Shown piece after piece: positions 1-8,575 of a stretch of 64,000 nt of DNA. Under the pieces are notes generated by a model that was given only the letters and a program-made list of their open reading frames with translations, was not told where the DNA came from and searched no databases. Origin of the DNA: an uncultured Lachnospiraceae bacterium (GTDB taxonomy: Bacteria; Bacillota; Clostridia; Christensenellales; UBA1242). The first letter of the stretch is position 1; the number at the start of each line of letters is the position of its first letter. The stretch lies in the NCBI GenBank assembly GCA_964606505.1, contig CAZSGM010000001.1, positions 113,588-177,587 of the forward strand. Reading direction: 5' to 3'. The translations under genes were made by a program, and so were the position numbers.

Positions 1-2
1 GG

Positions 3-1817
3 ACGGATTGGGTTCCAATTGCTACAAATTTGGATGGAACTACCGCAAAGTATTTTTCGGGCATTTTTGATGGTGCGAACCATACTATAAACATTAGCAA
101 TACAATTTCGGTTGTCGTATCGGGGAGTTCTGGGAATTATGGCTATTTGGGAAGTTTATTTGGGTATGTAGTAACGGGGGAAGTGAAAAATGTTACAATG
201 AATTTTTCACTTGGAGAAAATTCTTTGTTTAGTGCGCCAAGCAGTGGTTATGGATATTTCGGCGGAATAGTAGGGAGATGTCAGAATGCCAGCATAAGTA
301 ACTGTAATGTTGTTGGTAATTCAATTGTGGTAATACCCGAATCAACGAATTTTGTCTATAATTATTTTGGTGGAATATTAGGATGTGGTACTTCTACTAG
401 TACTAGTGGTACAAGCGCAAATACTATAGATAACTGCAGTTTAAGTGCAGATGTATCATTGACTAAATGCCTTGGTGCTGGGATAGTGTATGAATTAGTG
501 GGCAATGTTTCTAATTGTGTGGTAAGGTCTAATTTTATTGTTAATTCTTCTTCTTTCATCCTTCAGGAAGATTATGTTGGCGGGATTGCAGGAAGTGCAA
601 CACATGTTTCAAATTGTAAATTCTTAGGGGGAGGGTTTACAAACAAACGCAGGAATATAATCCGTTCGGGTATTATAGTAGGAGAAGCGACAACGGTTGA
701 AAATTGTGTGGTAGCAAGTGATGGAGATGACGATGCGAATTTTGATATAATTTGTGGGGATGGTGGCAATACAAAAGCCCCAAGATGCGGATTGATTGCA
801 GGTAAAGCAACAACAATCAGTAAATGCAGTGTCGAAGCCACTGGTGTGAAACTACAAGTGGGTGCTGATTATGGCGGGCTAGGGGGAATACTTGCAGGCG
901 AAGTGGGCACAATGAGTAATTGCGTTGCAAATGTGTCTGTTAGTACAATTAGTTTTGATGATGTTAGTGAGTTTGGTTTCATTGTGGGGGAGGCAACGGG
1001 AATTGTGAACAACTGCATTTCAATTGTGTATGCGACAACAGTTGCTGATGCGTGGCGAGAAGGAGCTTGGATTTATTCAATGGGGGCTAGGGGAACATTT
1101 TATAACTGCGTCGTAGTGGGCTGTACGAACTCGCTGACAAGTTCAAACGCGGGAACTGATAGTAACGGAACAGCAAACAGCGATGGCGATGAAGCATTTG
1201 CTAACACTACGGATAAAATGGTAATGGGAACAGGTGGGATTTATGCACTATCTTCCAATGTAACGGGGGCTAATACTAATTTGACTAAATTGAAAACTGC
1301 AACCACATATACGGACACTGCAGCGTACGGAAGCAGTGCAACAACTACTTTCAAATGGGATGCAACCAGCACATACAAGTGGGATTTTAAAAATACTTGG
1401 GCAATAAAAAGCACTATGAATGGTGGGTATCCGATTTTGCAGTTGGCTATAACATCCTACAACATCACGCTCAACGTAACCACCAACCTTAGCGGGTCTA
1501 CTTCGTCCTCGACCAGCGGTTCAACAAGCGGTTCATCCTCAACAACCGCCACGGCAAACCCTGCGCAGTTTATAATCTACCGCTTCGACGAGTCGGGTAA
1601 CGTCGTCAACCAGTTTGTGGTTCGCAACGGCAGCACGGTAACCTTTGAAGTTGACAAAAACAAAGCCTTTACCATAATGATAAACTATAAACTCTATATG
1701 GTAACAACAATTGACGCCGAGTCGACAAACAAGAAAACCTTTACTCCGACTGCCGACACAACAATCAATATATCCATAACCGCGCCTGCAGGTGTCAACA
1801 ACTGGATTGTCGTTTAA
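3..1817 (+). CDS. GLUG-repeat surface protein paralog; 5' end lies outside the window
   Basis: The frame is open from the window edge (codon phase starts at nt 3; track ORF 30-1817). Repeated xGGI[AV]G...SNC motifs are GLUG-like. The FSGIFDGxxHTI motif is shared with ORFs 16872, 29385 and 56942. The last ~125 codons are near-identical in DNA to 19051-19427. Confidence 0.85.
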   Translation, partial: TDWVPIATNLDGTTAKYFSGIFDGANHTINISNTISVVVSGSSGNYGYLGSLFGYVVTGEVKNVTMNFSLGENSLFSAPSSGYGYFGGIVGRCQNASISNCNVVGNSIVVIPESTNFVYNYFGGILGCGTSTSTSGTSANTIDNCSLSADVSLTKCLGAGIVYELVGNVSNCVVRSNFIVNSSSFILQEDYVGGIAGSATHVSNCKFLGGGFTNKRRNIIRSGIIVGEATTVENCVVASDGDDDANFDIICGDGGNTKAPRCGLIAGKATTISKCSVEATGVKLQVGADYGGLGGILAGEVGTMSNCVANVSVSTISFDDVSEFGFIVGEATGIVNNCISIVYATTVADAWREGAWIYSMGARGTFYNCVVVGCTNSLTSSNAGTDSNGTANSDGDEAFANTTDKMVMGTGGIYALSSNVTGANTNLTKLKTATTYTDTAAYGSSATTTFKWDATSTYKWDFKNTWAIKSTMNGGYPILQLAITSYNITLNVTTNLSGSTSSSTSGSTSGSSSTTATANPAQFIIYRFDESGNVVNQFVVRNGSTVTFEVDKNKAFTIMINYKLYMVTTIDAESTNKKTFTPTADTTINISITAPAGVNNWIVV

Positions 1818-2621
1818 TGCGGGATATGAAAATTAAATCATATTAAATAAATTTATTTGTTAGATAAAATAATTATAAATAAAATTAATATATTTTAATT
1901 ATAATTATAAATTTATTAATCATAAATAGGATTATATTAATTACAAATGGGGATATAATTATTAATTAATTATCAATAAAAATACATTAATTAATAATAA
2001 GCATATTCAATTGATAACAAGTATATTTAATTAATAATGAACGCAATTAATAAATATTATTAATAATTAATAGACATATTAAATAATAATTGAGTAATTT
2101 TACTTAATAAGTAATTATTATTTAATTAAAATAAGTAATTAAAACAATAAATTAATATTAATTAAATAATTAAAATATCAATAATAAATAAAATATTAAT
2201 AATAATTGTTTAGTAATTAAATTAATAAATAAAAACCTTATCAATTTAATCGGGGAATAAAAATTTATTTAATTAATTAATAATAATTTAATTAATTAAA
2301 TCAGTAAAATCAATAAAAAAAGTGCGAAAAATCTATATTTTTCACACTTTTTTTGTATTTATTTTTTACTAATATTTATATTTATTTCATAATTACTTAT
2401 TTATTATTAAACTATAATAATTCTTCTAATAATTAACTACATTATTTTTATAATTAATTATTATGTTTTTTCTAATAATTTATTTAATTTTGCATTTATT
2501 ATTTTTTAATTTAATAAACAAATTATAATTGTGGTTAATAAATACAATTAATTATTTTGTGTTTATTAATTAAATATTTTAATAATTATTTAATTGCTCA
2601 TTATCTGTATTTTTTATTCAG
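1818..2621. repeat. ~800-bp extremely AT-rich low-complexity spacer built from degenerate TTAATTAAT/AATAAT words
   Basis: By direct reading there is almost no G/C apart from one hairpin. It lies between convergent genes. Confidence 0.8.
2314..2355. terminator. Bidirectional intrinsic terminator
   Basis: Stem AGTGCGAAAAAT/ATTTTTCACACT (one mismatch) with loop CTAT, an A-run upstream and T6 downstream. Confidence 0.6.
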
Positions 2622-3101
2622 TTATTTGCGCGCATTAAAAATGCAGTTTTTTATTAATTGCAAGTTGGCGGGGGTGATGTGCTTTTTTTCGACGGGGAAT
2701 GCGGAGACTCTGTTAACAAAAAGGAAGAGGTAGTCGGAACTCTCCTTGACTTTTTCAATTTGCGAGTAAAGCACGCGAACGGCGCCAAGGTTTTCCGACT
2801 GCTTAAATGTTACGATTGTAATACCCGTTTCGTCGAACTGATAAATGTTGACGCTGTTTTCTTCCATTGGGCGTTTGTACATCTTGGTTAATGCGCTTAA
2901 GTATACGATTCCAAAACCAAGCGGGAGCGCAAACGCGAGCAGCCAAACCGTCCAGCCGGTTTCATTAAAAATGAAATCGCTAACTAGGTACGTAATCACG
3001 CCTGCCGTGCCAATAATGGTAGCCAGCCACGCGCCGATGTAGAGTTTTTTTGTCATTGACTTGTAAATGCCATTAGTTAAAACTGTTGTTGCTTCTATCA
3101 T
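2622..3101 (-). CDS. Small membrane protein, YcxB-like (two TM helices plus a C-terminal soluble domain)
   Basis: 159-aa ORF with two hydrophobic helices (WLATIIGTAGVITYLV, WTVWLLAFALPLGFGIVYL). The family assignment is from memory only. Confidence 0.55.
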   Translation of the reverse strand: MIEATTVLTNGIYKSMTKKLYIGAWLATIIGTAGVITYLVSDFIFNETGWTVWLLAFALPLGFGIVYLSALTKMYKRPMEENSVNIYQFDETGITIVTFKQSENLGAVRVLYSQIEKVKESSDYLFLFVNRVSAFPVEKKHITPANLQLIKNCIFNARK

Positions 3102-3116
3102 AATAAATTCCTTATT

Positions 3117-4379
3117 TTATTCATTGGTGGGTTTTGTTAGGTGTGTCAGTGAAATGAGAATACCGAGTTTGCCGTATTCGTAAGTCAGTCCGCCCTGCAT
3201 ATACGCGGTGTATGGTGGGCAGATGGGCCCGTCGCAGCTAAGTTCAATTGTTGAGCCTGAGATAAAACTCCCGCTCGCCATAATCTCCTCGTGTGGATAC
3301 CCCGGCATTGGGCTTGGCATAAGCGTTACAAAGTTTTCGAGTGCGACGCCCTTTTGTATCCCGCGGCAAAACTCAATCAGTTCCTCCGCTGAGTGTAGGC
3401 GGATTGTCTGCACAATGTCCGCTCTTTCGTCGTCGAAACGCGGGCTGACGTCGTAACCAAGTTTTTCGAGCAGGCGGCTCGCGAGCGCCATAGTTTTTAG
3501 GCTCGACATAACGACGTTAGGCGCGTGATAAACGCCCTTGAAAAACGACAGCGTTTGGTTGAGGTTCGCGCCGATGTCCTTGCCGACGCACGGCGCAGAA
3601 AAACGTTCCGCAACATCGTTGACGTATTCAGCCTTGCCGACAATGTAACCCCCTGTTTTGGCTTGCCCCGCGCCGAGGTTTTTCATTAGTGAGCCGACCA
3701 AAATGTCCGCGCCAACTTCGGTAGGTTCGCGTTTTTCAACAAAGTCTCCGTAGCAGTTGTCGACCATAATAATGACGTCCTTATCAACCTCGCGAATTGC
3801 GGCGCAGACGCGCTCAATTTTCTCAACGCTGAGGCTTAGGCGTGAACTATAACCGCGGGAGCGTTGGATTTCAACCATTCTGACGCGTTTTTTTTGCAGA
3901 CGCGCAATAATGGCAGGGATGTCGAAGTCGTCGTTTACAAGGTCGATTTGTTCAAAACTTATCCCGTGCGCCTTGAGTGAGTTGCGGCTGTCGCCCGTAA
4001 GCCCGATTATGCTCTTGAGCGAGTCGTAAGGTTCGCCCGTGATTGAAAGCAGTGTGTCCCCGTGTTTGAGCAGCCCGAAAAACGTGAGCGAAAGCGCGTG
4101 CGTGCCCGACATAATTTGCGGGCGGACGAGCGCATCCTCGGTGTGGAAAATCTGGCTGTAAACGCGTTCAAGTTTTTCGCGCCCAATGTCGTAGTAGCCG
4201 TAACCCGTGTTTTCGCAAAAGTCTGTGCAGGTAAGTTTTACGTCCCCAAACGCCTTTAAAACTTTCGCGCTATTAAATAAGCAAACCTCTTCAAACTTTT
4301 TGAATGTAGGTTGCAAGTCCTGCTCCGCCTGCGCGCAGAGCGTCAATAATTCTTCTGAAATATCTAATTCGTTGTACAT
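3117..4379 (-). CDS. ynbB: PLP-dependent methionine gamma-lyase-family protein (YnbB / 'aluminium resistance' family)
   Basis: 420 aa. The N-terminal GYGYYDIGREKLERVYSQIF...ALVRPQIMSGTHAL pattern and length are typical of this family. Confidence 0.8.
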   Translation of the reverse strand: MYNELDISEELLTLCAQAEQDLQPTFKKFEEVCLFNSAKVLKAFGDVKLTCTDFCENTGYGYYDIGREKLERVYSQIFHTEDALVRPQIMSGTHALSLTFFGLLKHGDTLLSITGEPYDSLKSIIGLTGDSRNSLKAHGISFEQIDLVNDDFDIPAIIARLQKKRVRMVEIQRSRGYSSRLSLSVEKIERVCAAIREVDKDVIIMVDNCYGDFVEKREPTEVGADILVGSLMKNLGAGQAKTGGYIVGKAEYVNDVAERFSAPCVGKDIGANLNQTLSFFKGVYHAPNVVMSSLKTMALASRLLEKLGYDVSPRFDDERADIVQTIRLHSAEELIEFCRGIQKGVALENFVTLMPSPMPGYPHEEIMASGSFISGSTIELSCDGPICPPYTAYMQGGLTYEYGKLGILISLTHLTKPTNE

Positions 4380-4708
4380 TTTTGTTCCTTTTTAGTGTTT
4401 TATTTTAATTTTGTAAATATGATAACATATTTTTAAAAATAAGTAAATGAATTGCACACAAATTAATTTTTTTGCGCGGCGGGTGTAACCTTTTGCTGTT
4501 GCGGGCGCGCGGTTGGTGTTTTAGGAACTACTTGAGTGGATGTTTTAGTTCGGTTGAGTTTTGTAGTTGAATGGGGTGTGGCGGCTCGGCGGCGGTTTCT
4601 TTGTTTGCGCGGCTGGTGTGGGAATTTGGACGCGAGTGCGGCGGCAACTTTGGGGAGTTTAAGTTTTGCTAGTAAATTTAATAGCCTAGCGTTTGCGTGG
4701 GCGCGGTG

Positions 4709-4737
4709 TTGACTTAATTTGGCGTAAGTGTTATAAT
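4709..4737 (+). promoter_or_regulatory. Sigma-A-type promoter of the pnuC-like gene
   Basis: TTGACT (4709-4714), 17-nt spacer ending in TGt, TATAAT (4732-4737). Confidence 0.6.
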
Positions 4738-4811
4738 ATGAGAACCTACCGCGACGCAATTGCAGCGGTATTTTAATATTATATATAATAAGGAATAAGA
4801 GGAGAAACAAA

Positions 4812-5882
4812 ATGGATACTAAAGAAAACAAAAACAAGGGGGCTGACCAAGTGTCAGAAACCAGCGAAATTACAAAAGCGGAGGGGAGAGCAGGCGCGAG
4901 CGAGGGGACGCAACAAGGGGCGCAGGCGCAAAGTGTTGTTGAGCCTTTAGACAATCGCGGGCAAGGTGCCGAGCAAAAAGTTTGCGAAGGTGCTGCGCAA
5001 GAGGACGAAACTCAATTAGGCGGCAGCGACGCAAAGGTTGCGGGCAAATTAGAGACGCAAAGCGGTTCTAAAAACGCGTGCAAGTGTTGTGCCTGCAACA
5101 AAAAAGAGAAAACTGCGGGTAAGGGCAACTGGCTCGTGAGGTTGTGGAAATATTATTCGCCGTACGAAAAAATATGGTTATTTTCAATTTGTTCGGTCGG
5201 GATACTGCTCGGGATTTTGTTTCCCGAGGACGCGGGGCAGCCAAACTGGTTGCGCGTGATTGAAATTCTTGTCATCGTCGGCGGTTGCTCGTGTGAGTTG
5301 TTGTTAAGTAAGCAATCACGCTGGGCGTTCATTGTTTCGTTCGTCTTGTACGACACGACGCAGACGATTGTGTATTTTGCAAACGGCTTGTACATAAGCG
5401 CGCTGTTTGAAATTATTTTCTGGATACCGATTTTGTTCGTTTCCTTTTACCAATGGACAAAACAGGCGGACGCGAAAAACGCCACGCTCACGGTTGTTAA
5501 AAACGTCAACTACGCGCGCGACCTTGCGATATTTGTTGGCGTGCTGATTGTTTCCGTCGTAACGGGGCTGCTGTTCACAACAATTGGCGCGCTTGCCGAG
5601 TCAATGCCTGACTGGTGGTACCTTGACGCGCTCGCTAACACGTTTAGCGTTTGCAACGGGCTGTTTTTGGTGTTTAGGTTTAAAGAGCAGTGGTTGCCGT
5701 GGATTGGCGTTGCACTCGTTGAGGCGGTTATGTGGATATTGAGCGGACAGTACATAATGCTCGTGCTTTCTGTCGGGTACTTGATGAACTCGCTGTACGG
5801 GTTGCTAAAATGGCAAAAGTACATAAAAACACACCCTGAAGAGCAGGCAAAACGCAAAACGGGGAAAGTCGAAGGTAAATAA
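4812..5882 (+). CDS. pnuC: PnuC-family nicotinamide riboside transporter with a ~115-aa low-complexity acidic/Gly/Gln-rich N-terminal extension
   Basis: GAGGAG RBS before ATG 4812. The C-terminal 240 aa are polytopic with the Trp-rich PnuC-like pattern (FWIPILFVSFYQW..., WLPWIGVALVEAVMWIL..., GLLKWQKY). Confidence 0.75.
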   Translation: MDTKENKNKGADQVSETSEITKAEGRAGASEGTQQGAQAQSVVEPLDNRGQGAEQKVCEGAAQEDETQLGGSDAKVAGKLETQSGSKNACKCCACNKKEKTAGKGNWLVRLWKYYSPYEKIWLFSICSVGILLGILFPEDAGQPNWLRVIEILVIVGGCSCELLLSKQSRWAFIVSFVLYDTTQTIVYFANGLYISALFEIIFWIPILFVSFYQWTKQADAKNATLTVVKNVNYARDLAIFVGVLIVSVVTGLLFTTIGALAESMPDWWYLDALANTFSVCNGLFLVFRFKEQWLPWIGVALVEAVMWILSGQYIMLVLSVGYLMNSLYGLLKWQKYIKTHPEEQAKRKTGKVEGK

Positions 5883-5928
5883 ATTTACAAAAAAATATAG
5901 CCGCGCCCGACTAATTTAGTGCAAACCC

Positions 5929-5958
5929 TTGACAAAAAGGGGCGCTTTCGGGTAAAAT
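5929..5958 (+). promoter_or_regulatory. Candidate promoter of efp
   Basis: TTGACA (5929-5934), 18-nt spacer, TAAAAT (5953-5958). Confidence 0.5.
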
Positions 5959-5988
5959 ATAATATAAATTTTAGGAGAATGATAACAT

Positions 5989-6543
5989 ATGGAAATATCA
6001 GAGGTAAAAAAAGGTATGCACGTCCTTATTGACGGCGAATTGTATCAAGTTATCGACTTTTTACACGTAAAACCTGGTAAGGGCGCGGCATTTATGAGCA
6101 CAAGAATTAAGAAAGTGCGCACTGGGGTTACTATTGACAGGAACTTCAACACAAACTACAAGATTGAGGAAGCGCACATTTCTAGACGCAACGCTCAATA
6201 TCTTTACAACGATGGCGACACTTATTACTTTATGGATAACGAGAGTTTTGAACAATCGGAAATCCCTGCTGATAAGGTTGCGGACAACAAAAACTTCTTG
6301 ATTGAAAACTCAAGTGTTGATATTGTAACTTTCAACAACGAGTTGCTTGGGATTATTATTCCAGAAAAGATTGAAATGACGGTTGTCAGCATTGACCCTG
6401 CGACGATTGCTTCTACGGCGACAAAGCCTACTGTTGAGGCAATCCTTGAGACAGGACACAAACTTAGAGTGCCTGAATTTATCAAAGAGGGCGAAAAAAT
6501 TATTGTTACAACTAGCGACGGAAAGTATTATTCACGCGCGTAG
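5989..6543 (+). CDS. efp: Elongation factor P
   Basis: 184 aa. VKPGKGAAF loop, typical EF-P length and domain order, AGGAG RBS. Confidence 0.95.
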   Translation: MEISEVKKGMHVLIDGELYQVIDFLHVKPGKGAAFMSTRIKKVRTGVTIDRNFNTNYKIEEAHISRRNAQYLYNDGDTYYFMDNESFEQSEIPADKVADNKNFLIENSSVDIVTFNNELLGIIIPEKIEMTVVSIDPATIASTATKPTVEAILETGHKLRVPEFIKEGEKIIVTTSDGKYYSRA

Positions 6544-6815
6544 GTGTTTGGGCGCTTTTGCTATATGCAAGGGCGCTTTTTGTTAAATGTGGGGCGCGGG
6601 GTATTTGCTAATTAATGGATTGATTAGCAAAAAAATATTGAATTAATAAATTAGTGAAAGCAATGAATTGCGAAAAGCAATTGATTGATTATTAATAAGG
6701 AAAACATTTTTAAAAGGTTGTTTAAGTAAGAAATTATTGCTTAAATAAACATAATGATTAAATTAAACAAAAACGTATTAGCGATTAAATCAATAAAAAC
6801 AATATAGGAGAGAGT

Positions 6816-7559
6816 ATGGCGAAAGTTGCGATGGTTACGGGGGCAAGCCGCGGGATTGGAAGAACGACGGCGCTGGAGTTTGCAAAGAATGGGTATGATG
6901 TTGTGGTTACTTACTTTGAAAACGCGGCGCTCATTGAGGGCGTGCGCGAGGAAGTTGAGAAACTGGGGCGCAGGTGCCTTGCGTTTCAGTGCGACATATC
7001 GGATGAGGAGCGCGTCAAGGAGATTGTTTACAAGGCGGTCAAGGAGTTCAAAAAAATTGACGTGCTCGTCAACAACGCGAGTATTGCAAACGACGCGCTG
7101 TTTGGGCAAAAAAGCGTTGAGGACTTTAGGCGTGTTTTGGACGTTAACTTGGTCGGGACGTTTATTGTCAGCAAAAACGTCGGGGAGTTTATGCTCGAAA
7201 ACAAAAGCGGGAAGATTATCAACATTGCGAGTACAAACGGGATAAATACTTATTACCCTATGTGCGTTGACTACGACGCGTCTAAGGCGGGCATAATTTC
7301 GTTGACGCACAATTTGGCTATGCAGTTTGCGCCCTACATAACAGTGAACGCCGTCGCCCCTGGGTTTATCGCGACGCAAAGCGAAATCAAGGATATGTGC
7401 GAGGAGTTTATCAAGTCGGAAGAGGGAAAAATCTTCTTAAAGCGCGCAGGAACAGAAGAGGACGTTGCAAACTTGGTTTTGTTCTTGGCGTCAAATAAGG
7501 CAAATTTTATCAACAATGAAGTTATCCGCATTGATGGCGGAATGTACGGCGCGTTCTAA
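6816..7559 (+). CDS. SDR-family oxidoreductase, FabG-like
   Basis: TGASRGIG cofactor motif, YDASKAG catalytic motif, NAVAPGFI; 247 aa. Confidence 0.85.
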   Translation: MAKVAMVTGASRGIGRTTALEFAKNGYDVVVTYFENAALIEGVREEVEKLGRRCLAFQCDISDEERVKEIVYKAVKEFKKIDVLVNNASIANDALFGQKSVEDFRRVLDVNLVGTFIVSKNVGEFMLENKSGKIINIASTNGINTYYPMCVDYDASKAGIISLTHNLAMQFAPYITVNAVAPGFIATQSEIKDMCEEFIKSEEGKIFLKRAGTEEDVANLVLFLASNKANFINNEVIRIDGGMYGAF

Positions 7560-7795
7560 CGCTTGCTCGGCGCAACCTCTATATGCGGTCGCGCTACAAC
7601 ACTCGCTTTGAGCAATCTCAGTTTGCGAATTGCTAAACATTTACACGTGGTGCAGGTAGCACAAAAGGGCGGAATTTAAACACTTGCACGCGGGTGCGCG
7701 TCTGCGCAGTTAGTAATGTAATTCATTTAAGTGTACGGCGCGCTAAAACACTTGCACGCGGGCGCAGGAGTTGTTTTTTTTTGAATATAAAATTA

Positions 7796-7838
7796 AGGTT
7801 ATCCACAATGGGTGCAATTTTGTGGATAACCCTTTTTT
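7796..7838 (+). terminator. Hairpin + T6 whose stem is a pair of inverted perfect DnaA boxes
   Basis: GGTTATCCACAA (7796-7807), 11-nt loop, TTGTGGATAACC (7819-7830), then CTTTTTTG. Confidence 0.6.
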
Positions 7839-7954
7839 GTATTTGTCGCGATTGTTTATGTGTAACCCACTTTGCTTTATTGTACGAGTTTGCGCTTTTA
7901 CATAATGAAAAATATTGGTGTTAAGCAACTTAAATATGCGCGGTGGCAAATATT

Positions 7955-7990
7955 CTAGGCAATTCAAGTATTTGAATTGCCTAGTTTTTT
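7955..7990 (+). terminator. Strong intrinsic terminator with no annotated gene immediately upstream
   Basis: CTAGGCAATTCAA / TTGAATTGCCTAG 13-bp stem, loop GTAT, T6. The stem word GCAATTCAA..TTGAATTGC recurs at ~54347-54370. Confidence 0.6.
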
Positions 7991-8040
7991 ATTATTCCTT
8001 TTGTTGGGGTGTCGTGCTTGGATTTGGTGCACTTGTCGGG

Positions 8041-8330
8041 TTTTGTCGCAAATTGTTGAATTTTGACACATTTTGCCAAATCTTGTCAAACTTTGTCAAA
8101 ATTTGGGAGAATATGTCAAAATTTGTAGAATAATGTCAGATTGTGTCAAAATTTGTAGAAATTTGTCGAAAATTTTTAAATTCTGTCGAAATTTAAAATA
8201 TTTTGTCGATTTATAAAATAAATTGTAGAATTATAAAATATTTTGTCGAAAATAATAACATTTTGTCAAAATTTGTCGAAAGATTAAATAATTTGTAGAA
8301 ACTTGTTGAAACGTGTCAAATTTGTCGAAA
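8041..8330. repeat. Array of ~20 TTGTC[AG]AA / TTGTAGAA words in a strict 10-bp register
   Basis: Read directly. The motif falls at the same offset in consecutive 10-nt blocks over ~290 bp. A 17-mer TGTCAAAATTTGTAGAA occurs twice. Confidence 0.8.
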
Positions 8331-8517
8331 AGCAAAAAATAGTAAAGCAGACGGCGCGCGAGAAGTGCTGGGTGTGCGGCGTGTTTAGATTGCAGTGGCA
8401 GACGGGAATTGCGGCGGGTGGGTTTTGATTGGTGCGGGTAAGGCAAACGGCATTGCGGCGAGTGCCACGATTGCAGAGGGGAAGTGCTTTGATTGGTGCG
8501 GGGGTTATTCAATTTGT

Positions 8518-8547
8518 TTGCAAAAAATGTGTCAATTGTGGTATACT
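8518..8547 (+). promoter_or_regulatory. Extended -10 promoter of the Big_2/MBG lipoprotein gene
   Basis: TTGCAA (8518-8523), 18-nt spacer ending in TGg, TATACT (8542-8547). Confidence 0.55.
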
Positions 8548-8575
8548 AAAACAAATGGGAGCGAGTGGGACACAA

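Noticed and set aside
4738-4811. NAD+-II (pnuC-motif) riboswitch in the ~70-nt leader of the pnuC-like gene
   Set aside because: Only a 5-bp hairpin (ACCGC...GCGGT) is visible, and I cannot reproduce the motif consensus from memory. An Rfam/Infernal scan is needed.
4463-4954. 163-aa minus-strand ORF overlapping the pnuC 5' region
   Set aside because: It runs antisense through the GC-rich spacer, the promoter and the pnuC N-terminal extension. It is Pro/Arg/Ala-biased with no RBS.
8041-8330. Regularly spaced repeats, considered as a CRISPR array
   Set aside because: The period is 10-20 bp with no unique 25-40-bp spacers, no palindromic 24-40-bp repeat unit and no cas genes.
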